Source: a virus (Duplodnaviria > Caudoviricetes). Taken from it: 33,053 nt of DNA. Position numbers and translations under genes: made by a program. The stretch lies in the IMG/VR virus record IMGVR_UViG_3300048599_000810, positions 1-33,053 of that record; one strand, written 5' to 3'. The stretch's first letter is position 1; each line of letters begins with the position of its first letter. The notes under the pieces were generated by a model. The model did not search any database, was not told the origin of the DNA, and was given only the letters and a program-made list of their open reading frames with translations. This document shows, in pieces, positions 18,089 to 26,151 of this stretch.

Positions 18089-18273
18089 ACCCACGCCCCG
18101 CACCCAAGCCCGTCACGCCGGGTTCGCCCAAGGGCATCTGCTGCCCCGCGTGCGGGTGCAGGCATTTCGAGGTGCTCTACACCCGCGCAACACCCGCGGG
18201 CACGATCCGCCGCCGCCGCCAGTGCCGCCACTGCGGGCGTCGGATCACCACGTCCGAGCGGGTTGGGGCATGA
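18085..18273 (+). CDS. Small zinc-ribbon protein (NrdR N-terminal/Ogr-like)
   Basis: CPACG...TR...IRRRRQCRHCGRRITTSE; ATGA overlap with TerL. Confidence 0.8.
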   Translation: MNPRPAPKPVTPGSPKGICCPACGCRHFEVLYTRATPAGTIRRRRQCRHCGRRITTSERVGA

Positions 18274-18341
18274 ACATCCGGTCAGGTTCTACCGGTGGAA
18301 CGAACTTGCACATTCTGGACGCAGGATTCGGGATTGCGGCG

Positions 18342-18371
18342 CGCGACGGGTTAGGTGCTCTATGGAGGCAC
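18342..18371 (+). promoter_or_regulatory. Conserved motif copy 2, putative phage promoter of the head/tail operon
   Basis: 24/24 identity with 5125-5148 (28/30 extended); overlaps the GGAGG RBS of the gene at 18379. Confidence 0.7.
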
Positions 18372-18378
18372 AACGCCC

Positions 18379-18591
18379 ATGCCCGATCCCTCGCCCACTT
18401 CCGATCTTGAACAGGCCGTCCGCGAGAACGCGGTCCAGCCCGCGAAGGCGTCGGTGGACGGCCAGTCCGTCGAGCAGCAGCCGCTGAAGGACCAACTCGA
18501 TGCCGTCCGCTTCTTCGCGTCCAAGGACGCCGCGAAGAAGCCAGGCATCGGGATCAAGTTCGCCAAGCTCGTTCCGCCCGGTTCCGCCTGA
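18379..18591 (+). CDS. gpW-like head completion protein
   Basis: 70 aa between terminase and portal (lambda gpW position); ASVDGQSVEQ hairpin motif. Confidence 0.65.
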   Translation: MPDPSPTSDLEQAVRENAVQPAKASVDGQSVEQQPLKDQLDAVRFFASKDAAKKPGIGIKFAKLVPPGSA

Positions 18592-18603
18592 CCCCGCTCC
18601 CCC

Positions 18604-20172
18604 ATGCTCAAGACCATCGCCAACATCCTGAGCCGGGCCACGCGGGGAAGCACTCCCAGCGATCTCTCCCCCTCCTCCGCACCCGCGCGAGGCTCGCATG
18701 GACGCGGGCCGCGTGCGGGGAGCGGAGCCCGCCGCCTTGTCGTCGCCAAGTTCGACTCGGCCAAGACCACCCCGGAGAATCGCAAGCATTGGGCCAACGC
18801 CGATGGCCTCTCGCCCAACGCCGCGATCAACCCGGAGGTGCGGCGCGTCCTCCGCAACCGCGCCCGCTACGAGGTCGCCAACAACTCGTATGCCAAGGGC
18901 ATCGTCCTCACTCTCGCCAACGACACCATCGGCACCGGTCCCCGGCTGCAGATGCTCACTGAAGACGCCGATGCGAACGCCCGCATCGAGGATGCGTTTG
19001 ATCAGTGGTCGCGGGCGGTCGATCTGCCCGGCAAGCTCCGCACCATGCGGCTGGCCCGCGCCGAGAGCGGCGAAGCGTTCGCGCTGCTGGTCAGCAACCC
19101 CGGCATCGGTTCACCTGTCTCGCTGGACCTCAAACTCATCGAGGCGGATCAGGTTTGTACGCCGTTGCTGCGGCGTGGCCGCAACGACGAGATCGACGGC
19201 ATCGCGCTGGATCAGTGGGGCAACCCGTCTGCCTACCGCGTGCTCAAGCGGCACCCCGGTGACAGCGGAGTGTTCCGCACGCCGTTTGATGACCTCGCTG
19301 TGTATGACACATTTCCCGCCGCTTCGGTCGTCCACTACTTCCGCGCCGATCGGCCCGGCCAACTCCGCGGCATTCCCGACATCACGCCGGCGCTCCCGCT
19401 GTTCGCGCAGCTCCGCCGGTACACCTTGGCGACCATCGCGGCCGCCGAGACCGCCGCCAACTTCGCCGCCGTCATCTACACCGACAGCCCCGCCAACGGC
19501 GAGGCCGATCCGCTGGAGCCGATGGACGAGGTGGAACTCGAGCAGCGTCTCGCCACCGTGCTTCCGGGCGGCTGGAAGCTCGGCCAGGTGCATGCCGAGC
19601 AGCCGACGACGACGTTCGGCGAGTTCAAGCGCGAGATCCTCAACGAGATCGCCCGCTGCCTGAACATGCCGTTCAACGTCGCGGCTGGCAACTCCTCCGG
19701 GTACAACTACGCCAGCGGTCGCCTCGACCACCAGGTGTACTACAAGAGCATCCGCGTCGAGCAGCACCACCTGCAGCTTGCCGTGCTCGATCGCATCCTG
19801 AAGGCGTGGCTCAACGAGGCCGTGCTTGTCGAAGGTCTGCTCCCGCAGTCCCTGCGAACCATCGCCGCCACGCTGCCCGAGCACGCGTGGTTCTGGGATG
19901 GCGTCGAGCACGTCGATCCCGCCAAAGAAGCGAACGCCCAGGCCACCCGACTGGCCAACCACACGACCACGCTCGCCGCGGAGTTCGCCCGGCAAGGCCG
20001 CGACTGGGAGCAGGAGCTCCGCCAGCGTGCCAAAGAGCTCACGCTCATGAACGAACTCGGCCTAGCACCGGCAACGGCGCAGACCGCTGCGCCGGCCGCG
20101 AACGCGCCCGCAGAGGACCCCGATCCCGCAGACCAAGTAGATGAGGAGACCGCCAGTGCCAGCCACCGCTGA
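18604..20172 (+). CDS. Portal protein, lambda family
   Basis: LRNRARYEVANNSYAKG, RPGQLRGIP, YNYASGRLD and HVDPAKEANA motifs. Confidence 0.93.
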   Translation: MLKTIANILSRATRGSTPSDLSPSSAPARGSHGRGPRAGSGARRLVVAKFDSAKTTPENRKHWANADGLSPNAAINPEVRRVLRNRARYEVANNSYAKGIVLTLANDTIGTGPRLQMLTEDADANARIEDAFDQWSRAVDLPGKLRTMRLARAESGEAFALLVSNPGIGSPVSLDLKLIEADQVCTPLLRRGRNDEIDGIALDQWGNPSAYRVLKRHPGDSGVFRTPFDDLAVYDTFPAASVVHYFRADRPGQLRGIPDITPALPLFAQLRRYTLATIAAAETAANFAAVIYTDSPANGEADPLEPMDEVELEQRLATVLPGGWKLGQVHAEQPTTTFGEFKREILNEIARCLNMPFNVAAGNSSGYNYASGRLDHQVYYKSIRVEQHHLQLAVLDRILKAWLNEAVLVEGLLPQSLRTIAATLPEHAWFWDGVEHVDPAKEANAQATRLANHTTTLAAEFARQGRDWEQELRQRAKELTLMNELGLAPATAQTAAPAANAPAEDPDPADQVDEETASASHR

Positions 20173-22099
20173 ATCCGCCAAGATCCTGTCCGCGCTCACG
20201 CTGACCGCGACGGCCGACATCTCGTTCACCGCTGCTGCGGAAGGTCAGAGTGCACCGCTGCCTCGTTTCAAGATGGTCGCGTACACGGGTGGCGCGATGC
20301 GTGTCGCGGGCTGGCGGCACCCCGTCGTGATCGATCTCGCAGGCCTGGCGGTCCCGTCGCAGGCACGTCCCATCCGCTTCGGGCACGACCCGCTCTCGGG
20401 CGTCGGTCACACCGACGCGATCCGCGTCGAGGCCGGGCAACTCGTCGCCACGGGCGTGATCTCGCGTGACACGAGCGCCGCCAAGGAAGTAGTCGCTTCC
20501 AGCCGGAACGGCTTCCCCTGGCAGGCCTCCGTCGGCGCGAGCGTCGAGGAGTTTGAGTTCATCAAGGACAACCAGAAGGCGACGGTCAACGGCCAGGAAC
20601 TCACCGGCCCCGTCAACGTCGTCCGCAAGGCCACGCTCGGCGAGATCAGTTTCGTGGATCTCGGCGCAGACGGCCGCACCAGCGCGAGCATCGCCGCGCG
20701 TCAGAACAAGGAGCCCAGCGTCATGGCCGACGACCCCACGACTTCCAATCCCACCCCGTCCCCAATCATCGCCACCGAGCAGACGCCCGAGCAGGTGCGA
20801 GCTGCAGCCCTTGCCGAGACCGCCCGCATCGCCGCCGTCCGCAAGGTCTGCGGTGGCAAGCACAGCGAGATCGAAGCCCAGGCCATCCGCGACAACTGGG
20901 ATGCCACGCGCACCGAGCTCGAGGTCCTGCGTGCCAGCCGACCCAAGGCTCCGGCCATCCACGCGTCCGACACCAGCGTCACCAGCGAGGTCCTCGAAGC
21001 CGCGTGCTTCCAAAGCGCCAAGCTCGAAGGCATCGAGAAGGTCTGCTCCACGCAGGCACTCGAGATCGCCGCCAAGCGGTTCCAGGGCGGGCTGGGCCTG
21101 CAGGAACTGCTCTTCGAAGCCGCCATCGCCAACGGCTACACGGGCCGCACGTTCCGTGACAGCCGCCGTGTGCTCGAGGCCGCGTTCGGTCGTGGCATCG
21201 AGGCGGGCATGACCACCATCGACGTCGGCGGCATCCTCTCCAACGTCGCCAACAAGTTCCTGCTGGAGGGCTTCTTCAGCGTCGAGCGCGTCTGGCGGAG
21301 CATCTGCGCCGTCCGCAACGTCAGCGATTTCAAGACCGTCACCAGTTACCGCCTGGTCGGCAAGGACCAGTACGAGCAGGTCGCCCCCGGCGGCGAGCTC
21401 AAGCAGGGCACGCTCGGCGAGGAAACGTACACCAACAAGGCCGACACCTACGGCTTGATGCTCTCGATTGATCGCCGCGACATCATCAACGACGATCTCG
21501 GGGCCATCACCACGGTTCCCCGTAAGCTCGGTCGTGGCTCGGGCCTGAAGATCAACGACGTCTTCTGGACGGCGTTCATGAACAACGCCGCGTTCTTCAG
21601 CGCCGGCAACAAGAACTTCGTGTCGGGTGCGGACACCGCCCTCGGCATCGACGGCCTCACCAAGGGCGAGGTTGCCTTCATGGACCTCGTGGACTCCGAC
21701 GGCAAGCCAACGGGCGTGATGCCCGCGATCATGCTGGTGCCGACGGCGCTCTCGGCGATGGGCACGCAGCTCTACAAGAGCGTCGAGCTCCGGGACACGA
21801 CCGCGAACACCAAGTTCCCCGTCGCCAACCCGCACCAGGGCAAGTTCCGCATCGAGGTCAGCCGCTACCTCTCCAACGCGCTCTACACCGGCAACTCGGC
21901 CAAGGCGTGGTATCTCCTCGCGGACCCCAGCGACCTCCCGGTCATCGAGATGGCGTTCCTCAACGGCCAGGAAGCCCCGACCGTCGAGACGTCCGACGCG
22001 GACTTCAACATGCTCGGCATCCGGATGCGTGGTTACCACGACTTCGGCGTCAACCTGCAGGACCCGCGCGGCGGCGTGAAGAGCAAGGGCGAGGTGTAA
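20156..22099 (+). CDS. Prohead protease-scaffold-major capsid fusion
   Basis: N-terminal protease-like (AYTGG...H...WQASVG...EISFV), linker, then capsid-like C-terminus (TYGLMLSIDRRDIINDDLGA...FLNGQEAPTVE...DFGV). Confidence 0.88.
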   Translation: MPATAESAKILSALTLTATADISFTAAAEGQSAPLPRFKMVAYTGGAMRVAGWRHPVVIDLAGLAVPSQARPIRFGHDPLSGVGHTDAIRVEAGQLVATGVISRDTSAAKEVVASSRNGFPWQASVGASVEEFEFIKDNQKATVNGQELTGPVNVVRKATLGEISFVDLGADGRTSASIAARQNKEPSVMADDPTTSNPTPSPIIATEQTPEQVRAAALAETARIAAVRKVCGGKHSEIEAQAIRDNWDATRTELEVLRASRPKAPAIHASDTSVTSEVLEAACFQSAKLEGIEKVCSTQALEIAAKRFQGGLGLQELLFEAAIANGYTGRTFRDSRRVLEAAFGRGIEAGMTTIDVGGILSNVANKFLLEGFFSVERVWRSICAVRNVSDFKTVTSYRLVGKDQYEQVAPGGELKQGTLGEETYTNKADTYGLMLSIDRRDIINDDLGAITTVPRKLGRGSGLKINDVFWTAFMNNAAFFSAGNKNFVSGADTALGIDGLTKGEVAFMDLVDSDGKPTGVMPAIMLVPTALSAMGTQLYKSVELRDTTANTKFPVANPHQGKFRIEVSRYLSNALYTGNSAKAWYLLADPSDLPVIEMAFLNGQEAPTVETSDADFNMLGIRMRGYHDFGVNLQDPRGGVKSKGEV

Positions 22100-22102
22100 G
22101 CC

Positions 22103-22576
22103 ATGCCCGTGCAGGGAAGCACAGGCGCTGGGGGGCTCGGCGGCGAGCTCCCCAGCGAACTCGGAAGCGGCATCGATCAGCACTCGGGCATCGACACCGA
22201 TGGCCCACCAACAGATGGAGGTTCAGGAATGGCTTCAGGACCAGCAAAGTTCGTTCAGGAAGGCGGCTCGATCGACTACACCCCGGGTGCCGACGTGCTC
22301 GTCGGCGCGGTGGTGGTGCAGGCCGACCTCATCGGCGTCACGCAGGCACCGATCAAGGCGGGCCAGTTGGGGTCAATCGCCGTCACCGGCGTCTTCGACT
22401 TCAACAAGGCGGTCGGCGCGGGCAGCGCCATCCCCGCGGGCACGCTCACGTACTGGGATGCGGCCGCCCAGAACGCCACCAAGAACGCGGCCGCCGGCGC
22501 GAACAAGCTGATCGGCAAGGCGGTGAAGGCCACCGTCGACGCCGACACGATCGTTCGCGTTCGCCTGCAGCAATAA
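22103..22576 (+). CDS. DUF2190 family capsid decoration/cement protein
   Basis: FVQEGGSIDYT...GVFDFNK...YWD...IGKAV...VRVRL; directly after the capsid gene. Alternative start at 22229. Confidence 0.85.
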   Translation: MPVQGSTGAGGLGGELPSELGSGIDQHSGIDTDGPPTDGGSGMASGPAKFVQEGGSIDYTPGADVLVGAVVVQADLIGVTQAPIKAGQLGSIAVTGVFDFNKAVGAGSAIPAGTLTYWDAAAQNATKNAAAGANKLIGKAVKATVDADTIVRVRLQQ

Positions 22577-22586
22577 GGAGTTCGGC

Positions 22587-22964
22587 GTGGGCGACCTGCT
22601 CGATCGCGGCGCGGCCTTCCTCGATGCCCAGCGTCACCAGCACCTCTCGCGCCCTGTCCTCTACCGGCGTGGCACGGACGAGAAGGAAGTCCAGGCCACC
22701 ATCGGCAAGACCGAGTTCGAGCAGGCCGACGACGCGGGCCTCATCCACCGAGTGGAGTCGCGGGATTTCCTCGTGCGGACGGGGGATCTGGACCTGGGCG
22801 CGGGCCCGATCCTCCCGCGGGCGGGCGATCAGGTGCGAGAGGCGGTCGGGTTGAGCGTGTTCGTGTACGAGGTCAATGCGCCGGGAGGGCAGCCGCCGTT
22901 CCGGTACAGCGACCCGTACCGCAGGGTTCTTCGGGTTCACACCAAGCACATCGCAACGGAGTAA
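22587..22964 (+). CDS. Head-tail joining (head closure) protein
   Basis: AAGGAG RBS, GTG start; beta-rich with a PRAGDQV motif; position after decoration protein. Confidence 0.65.
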   Translation: MGDLLDRGAAFLDAQRHQHLSRPVLYRRGTDEKEVQATIGKTEFEQADDAGLIHRVESRDFLVRTGDLDLGAGPILPRAGDQVREAVGLSVFVYEVNAPGGQPPFRYSDPYRRVLRVHTKHIATE

Positions 22965-22966
22965 CG

Positions 22967-23260
22967 ATGGCAGAAGGCAACGGACAGAACGGCAGTGCTC
23001 GGTGGGCCGGCGTGGTCGTCACCGTCGTGCTCGCGGCGGGCGCGATGACCATCCAATGGGGCGTGGTCACCACCAAGCTCCAGCAGGTGGAGAAGCGGCT
23101 CGACGAGTTCATCGGCGAGGCCCGCAGCATCCGCGCTCAGTACGCCGAGATGGAACGCAAGATCTGGTTCCTGGAAGGCAAGCTGTCAGGGCTGACTTCC
23201 AACTCGCCGCGCCAGACCGTGCCAACGACGGGCTCGCCTGTGATTGGAGGCGGCCCGTGA
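22967..23260 (+). CDS. Small membrane protein with coiled coil (holin-like candidate)
   Basis: One hydrophobic helix WAGVVVTVVLAAGAMTIQWGVV followed by heptads. Confidence 0.65.
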   Translation: MAEGNGQNGSARWAGVVVTVVLAAGAMTIQWGVVTTKLQQVEKRLDEFIGEARSIRAQYAEMERKIWFLEGKLSGLTSNSPRQTVPTTGSPVIGGGP

Positions 23261-23688
23261 GCACGATTGCCGCCCTCGCCGACGCCGTCGCGGCGCACGT
23301 GAGCGCCGGGTCCTTCGGGCAGCCGGTCACGGCCGTCCGCATGTTCCAGCCTGCGTTCACGCTGGAGGACCTCAAGGACCTGCGTGTATCGGTTGTCCCC
23401 CGCACGCTGCAGATGTCGCCGGTGACGCGGGACAGCCTGGCCATCGAGTACGTCGTGGATGTGGGCGTGCAGAAGAAGCTCCCCGCCGACGGGGCGGACG
23501 CGGCGATCGACGAACTGCTCGTGCTGGTGGAGGCGATCGCGGATCACCTGCGTTTCAAACGGATGGAGGGCTTCCCCGACGCGGCGTGGGTCGGGATCAG
23601 CAACGAGCCGGTGGTGTCGAGCGAGGCGCTCGAACAGCACCGGGTGTTCACGAGCGTCCTGAGTGTGACATACCGCGAGCGGAGGTAG
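23257..23688 (+). CDS. Tail terminator-like protein
   Basis: GTGA overlap, GGAGG RBS, 143 aa, ends in SVLSVTYR; precedes the tail tube. Confidence 0.7.
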   Translation: MSTIAALADAVAAHVSAGSFGQPVTAVRMFQPAFTLEDLKDLRVSVVPRTLQMSPVTRDSLAIEYVVDVGVQKKLPADGADAAIDELLVLVEAIADHLRFKRMEGFPDAAWVGISNEPVVSSEALEQHRVFTSVLSVTYRERR

Positions 23689-23691
23689 CGC

Positions 23692-23949
23692 GTGAGGAAT
23701 GCCATCATCTTCAAAGTCGATCTGGACGGCGGCGACAAGCCGCTGTCGGCGACGAAGCTCGTGGCGACGTTCACGCTCACGGCATCGCACAAGAACACGC
23801 AGGACCTGCTGTTGTCTGACGGCAAGACGGATCCGATCGATGTCGCGCCGGGCACGCAGTACTACTTCGAACGGGTCAACCTGGCGGACATTCTGGTCAA
23901 GAGCAAGGGCGGCGAGACGGTCTTCGTGGTCGGCCACAGCGCCGAGTGA
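23692..23949 (+). CDS. Hypothetical beta-rich protein (85 aa)
   Basis: GGAGG RBS, GTG start, fills the operon gap. Confidence 0.7.
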   Translation: MRNAIIFKVDLDGGDKPLSATKLVATFTLTASHKNTQDLLLSDGKTDPIDVAPGTQYYFERVNLADILVKSKGGETVFVVGHSAE

Positions 23950-23961
23950 AAGGAGTCAGCG

Positions 23962-24390
23962 ATGGCAATCAAGCTCGGCATGGAAGCCGCCCTGAAGTAC
24001 AAGACGGGCGGCCAGGCAGGCGCAGGCGCATGGACGGCACTCGGCAACACACGAGACGTGACGCTGAACCTCGAAGCGGGCGAGGCGGATGTGACCACAC
24101 GAGCCAACAGCGGCTGGCGGGCAACGGTCGCCACGCTCAAGGAAGCGATCGTGGAGTTCGAGATGGTCTGGGACACCGGCGATGCCGGGTTCACCGCGAT
24201 CAAGAACGCCTTCTTCAACAACGACCCCATCGGCCTCCAGATCCTCGACGCGGCCGCGGGCCAGGGCCTGCAGGCGGACTTCTCGATCACCAACTTCAGC
24301 CGCAGCGAAGCCCTCGAAGAGGCCATCACGGTTTCGGTGACCGCCAAGGTCACGTACTCGGCGACGGCACCTTCATGGATCGGCTCGTAA
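23962..24390 (+). CDS. Major tail tube protein
   Basis: DVTLNLEAGEADVTTRANSGWRATVATLKEA; AAAGGAG RBS. Confidence 0.85.
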   Translation: MAIKLGMEAALKYKTGGQAGAGAWTALGNTRDVTLNLEAGEADVTTRANSGWRATVATLKEAIVEFEMVWDTGDAGFTAIKNAFFNNDPIGLQILDAAAGQGLQADFSITNFSRSEALEEAITVSVTAKVTYSATAPSWIGS

Positions 24391-24403
24391 ACCCGGCGGC
24401 GAA

Positions 24404-24447
24404 GTCGGTGCAACAGGTGTTCAACGGCTGTTCAACCGCTGTGCAAC
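24404..24447. repeat. Four tandem 11-bp repeats ending in CAAC
   Basis: GTCGGTGCAAC, AGGTGTTCAAC, GGCTGTTCAAC, CGCTGTGCAAC in the tube-chaperone intergenic gap. Confidence 0.75.
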
Positions 24448-24474
24448 CGGCACAGCGTCTCAACGGAGGCACGG

Positions 24475-24981
24475 ATGCGTCAGTTCAAGGACAACGCGGG
24501 TCGGACCTGGACGGTGGACATCAACGTCGCCACGCTCAAACGCGTGCGCGGGCTCACGGGCGTCGACCTCATGCAGGTCATCGAGGGGACGCTCATCGAG
24601 AAGTTCATCCGCGACCCCGTGCTCTTGTGCGACGTGGTTTACGCCGTGTGCAAGCCCGAGGCAGACGCCGCCAAGGTCTCCGACGAGGAGTTCGGCAAGG
24701 CGATGGCGGGCGACGCGATCGAGGCCGCGACGGGCGCGGTGCTGGACGAACTCATCAGTTTCTGCCCGAGCCCGAGGGACCGGGCCAACCTCGGGCGTGT
24801 GCTCCAGGCCACGAACCGCGTTCTCGACAAGGCCCGCGACCTGACGGAGAAGCGGATCGAGACGCTGACCAGCGAGAGCGAGCTGGACAAGCTCGTGAAC
24901 CGGATGGTCCCCGAGCCGCTGACGCCTGGAAGTTCGTCTACCAGTGCGCCGGAGCTCTCGGCCTCGACCCCGGGCCCCTGA
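24475..24981 (+). CDS. Tail assembly chaperone (gpG-like)
   Basis: Between tail tube and tape measure; low-complexity C-terminus overlaps a -1 frame ORF. Confidence 0.75.
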   Translation: MRQFKDNAGRTWTVDINVATLKRVRGLTGVDLMQVIEGTLIEKFIRDPVLLCDVVYAVCKPEADAAKVSDEEFGKAMAGDAIEAATGAVLDELISFCPSPRDRANLGRVLQATNRVLDKARDLTEKRIETLTSESELDKLVNRMVPEPLTPGSSSTSAPELSASTPGP

Positions 24982-25223
24982 CGCTCCGCGAGCTGATGGC
25001 CATGCTCGATGGCCGCCAGCGCCACGACTGGTCGATCGCCGCCGCCGTCATGTCCGTGGTGGCTAACACCGCACGCGATCCCAGGCGATCCCGCCTTCTC
25101 AAGCCAGCCGACTTCGACCCGTTCCACAAGCCATCCCGGCCCGTCAAGGTTGACGTGTCGGTCCTCAAAGACGTGTTCATCGACCGCCGCATGCCGGAGG
25201 TCGCCAAGGAGACTCGTGCATGA
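24909..25223 (+). CDS. gpT-like -1 frame extension of the chaperone (start approximate)
   Basis: AWKFVYQCAGALGLDPGPLTLRELMAM...DFDPF in the -1 frame; ends in an ATGA overlap. Confidence 0.6.
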   Translation, partial: PRAADAWKFVYQCAGALGLDPGPLTLRELMAMLDGRQRHDWSIAAAVMSVVANTARDPRRSRLLKPADFDPFHKPSRPVKVDVSVLKDVFIDRRMPEVAKETRA

Positions 25224-25711
25224 AGAGCCTGACCACCCGCCATTACGTCTATCTCGGTGCCCTGATCCTGCTGGCGCTCGTGCTCGCGTCGTGCGCCGGC
25301 CTGGACCTTGGCGACATCGTCAAGGTCAAGACGCCCAACACCATCCAGCAGACCACCGGCCTGCCGTCGACGCTGAGCCTCAACGAGGCCGAGCTTGAGT
25401 ACCAGAACTGGTTCAACCTCACGCAGACGACTGGCGCGCAGTGGAAGGGCAACATCGAAAAGGCCGGTGAGATCCGCGGGCTGCTCGGCCAACTCACGCT
25501 CTCGGCCCTCGACACCGTTGGCCCCACCGTCGCGGGCCTGCCCGTGCTCGGGCCCGCGCTGCCGGCGCTCACCGGCATCGTCGGCCTGTTCATCGGGTCG
25601 GGCCGTCTCCGCAAGGAGAAGGAGGCGTCGTTCAACAAGGGCCTGGAGAAGGGCAGCGGCCTCGCCGGCACCGGCGGTGGCAACGGCGGCTCGGCTGGGA
25701 GTGGTGCGTGA
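25220..25711 (+). CDS. Lipoprotein with C-terminal hydrophobic segment
   Basis: Signal peptide with lipobox LASC; second hydrophobic stretch LPVLGPALPALTGIVGLFIG followed by RLRKEK. Confidence 0.75.
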   Translation: MKSLTTRHYVYLGALILLALVLASCAGLDLGDIVKVKTPNTIQQTTGLPSTLSLNEAELEYQNWFNLTQTTGAQWKGNIEKAGEIRGLLGQLTLSALDTVGPTVAGLPVLGPALPALTGIVGLFIGSGRLRKEKEASFNKGLEKGSGLAGTGGGNGGSAGSGA

Positions 25712-26145
25712 TCACCATGCGGATCAAAGACATGTTCTTCGACCGCCACGTCGTCATGGCGGCGGTCAACAACGCCAAGCGGAAGGTGCTCAGCAAGGCC
25801 GGCGCGTTCATCCGCACGGCGGCCAAGACGAGCATCCGCAAACGCAAGGGCTCGGCTCCGCCAGGGGCCCCGCCCTATTCGCACGAGGGCAGCCTGCGTC
25901 GGCTGATCCTCTTCGGGTACGACAAGCCCAACGACTCGGTCGTCGTTGGGCCGGTGGGATTCAAGAAGAGCGAGGCACCGAGCGCTTTGGAGCATGGCGG
26001 CGAAGTCATCGTGCTTCGCAGACGCGGCGGCAAGCTCACATCGCAGAAGGTCAAGATCGCGCCGCGGCCGTACATGGCCCCGGCGCTGGAGAAGGAGCGG
26101 CCCAACCTGCCGCTCTTGTGGCGGAACTCGATCAAGAAAGGGTGA
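25708..26145 (+). CDS. Basic tail completion/neck protein (HK97 gp10-like)
   Basis: Very basic; SAPPGAPP...GSLRRLI, LEHGG and RPYMAPAL motifs. Confidence 0.7.
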   Translation: MITMRIKDMFFDRHVVMAAVNNAKRKVLSKAGAFIRTAAKTSIRKRKGSAPPGAPPYSHEGSLRRLILFGYDKPNDSVVVGPVGFKKSEAPSALEHGGEVIVLRRRGGKLTSQKVKIAPRPYMAPALEKERPNLPLLWRNSIKKG

Positions 26146-26151
26146 TTGAAC

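Noticed and set aside
18170-18179. AGGTGCTCTA partial match to the promoter motif
   Set aside because: Only 10 bp and inside coding sequence; could be chance.
5125-18365. 24-bp direct repeat as attL/attR
   Set aside because: Both copies are internal and sit before operons; excision between them would split the phage, and serine integrases do not need long identical cores.
20045-22183. 712-aa minus-strand ORF
   Set aside because: Antisense shadow of essentially one GC-rich gene (capsid), with no coupling or recognisable motifs.
24404-24447. CRISPR array
   Set aside because: 11-bp abutting units with no spacers and no cas genes.
23946-24908. Upstream part of the 425-aa ORF as a real protein
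   Set aside because: Arg/Gly-rich off-frame translation of the tube and chaperone genes despite the GTGA overlap; only the 3' end looks protein-like.
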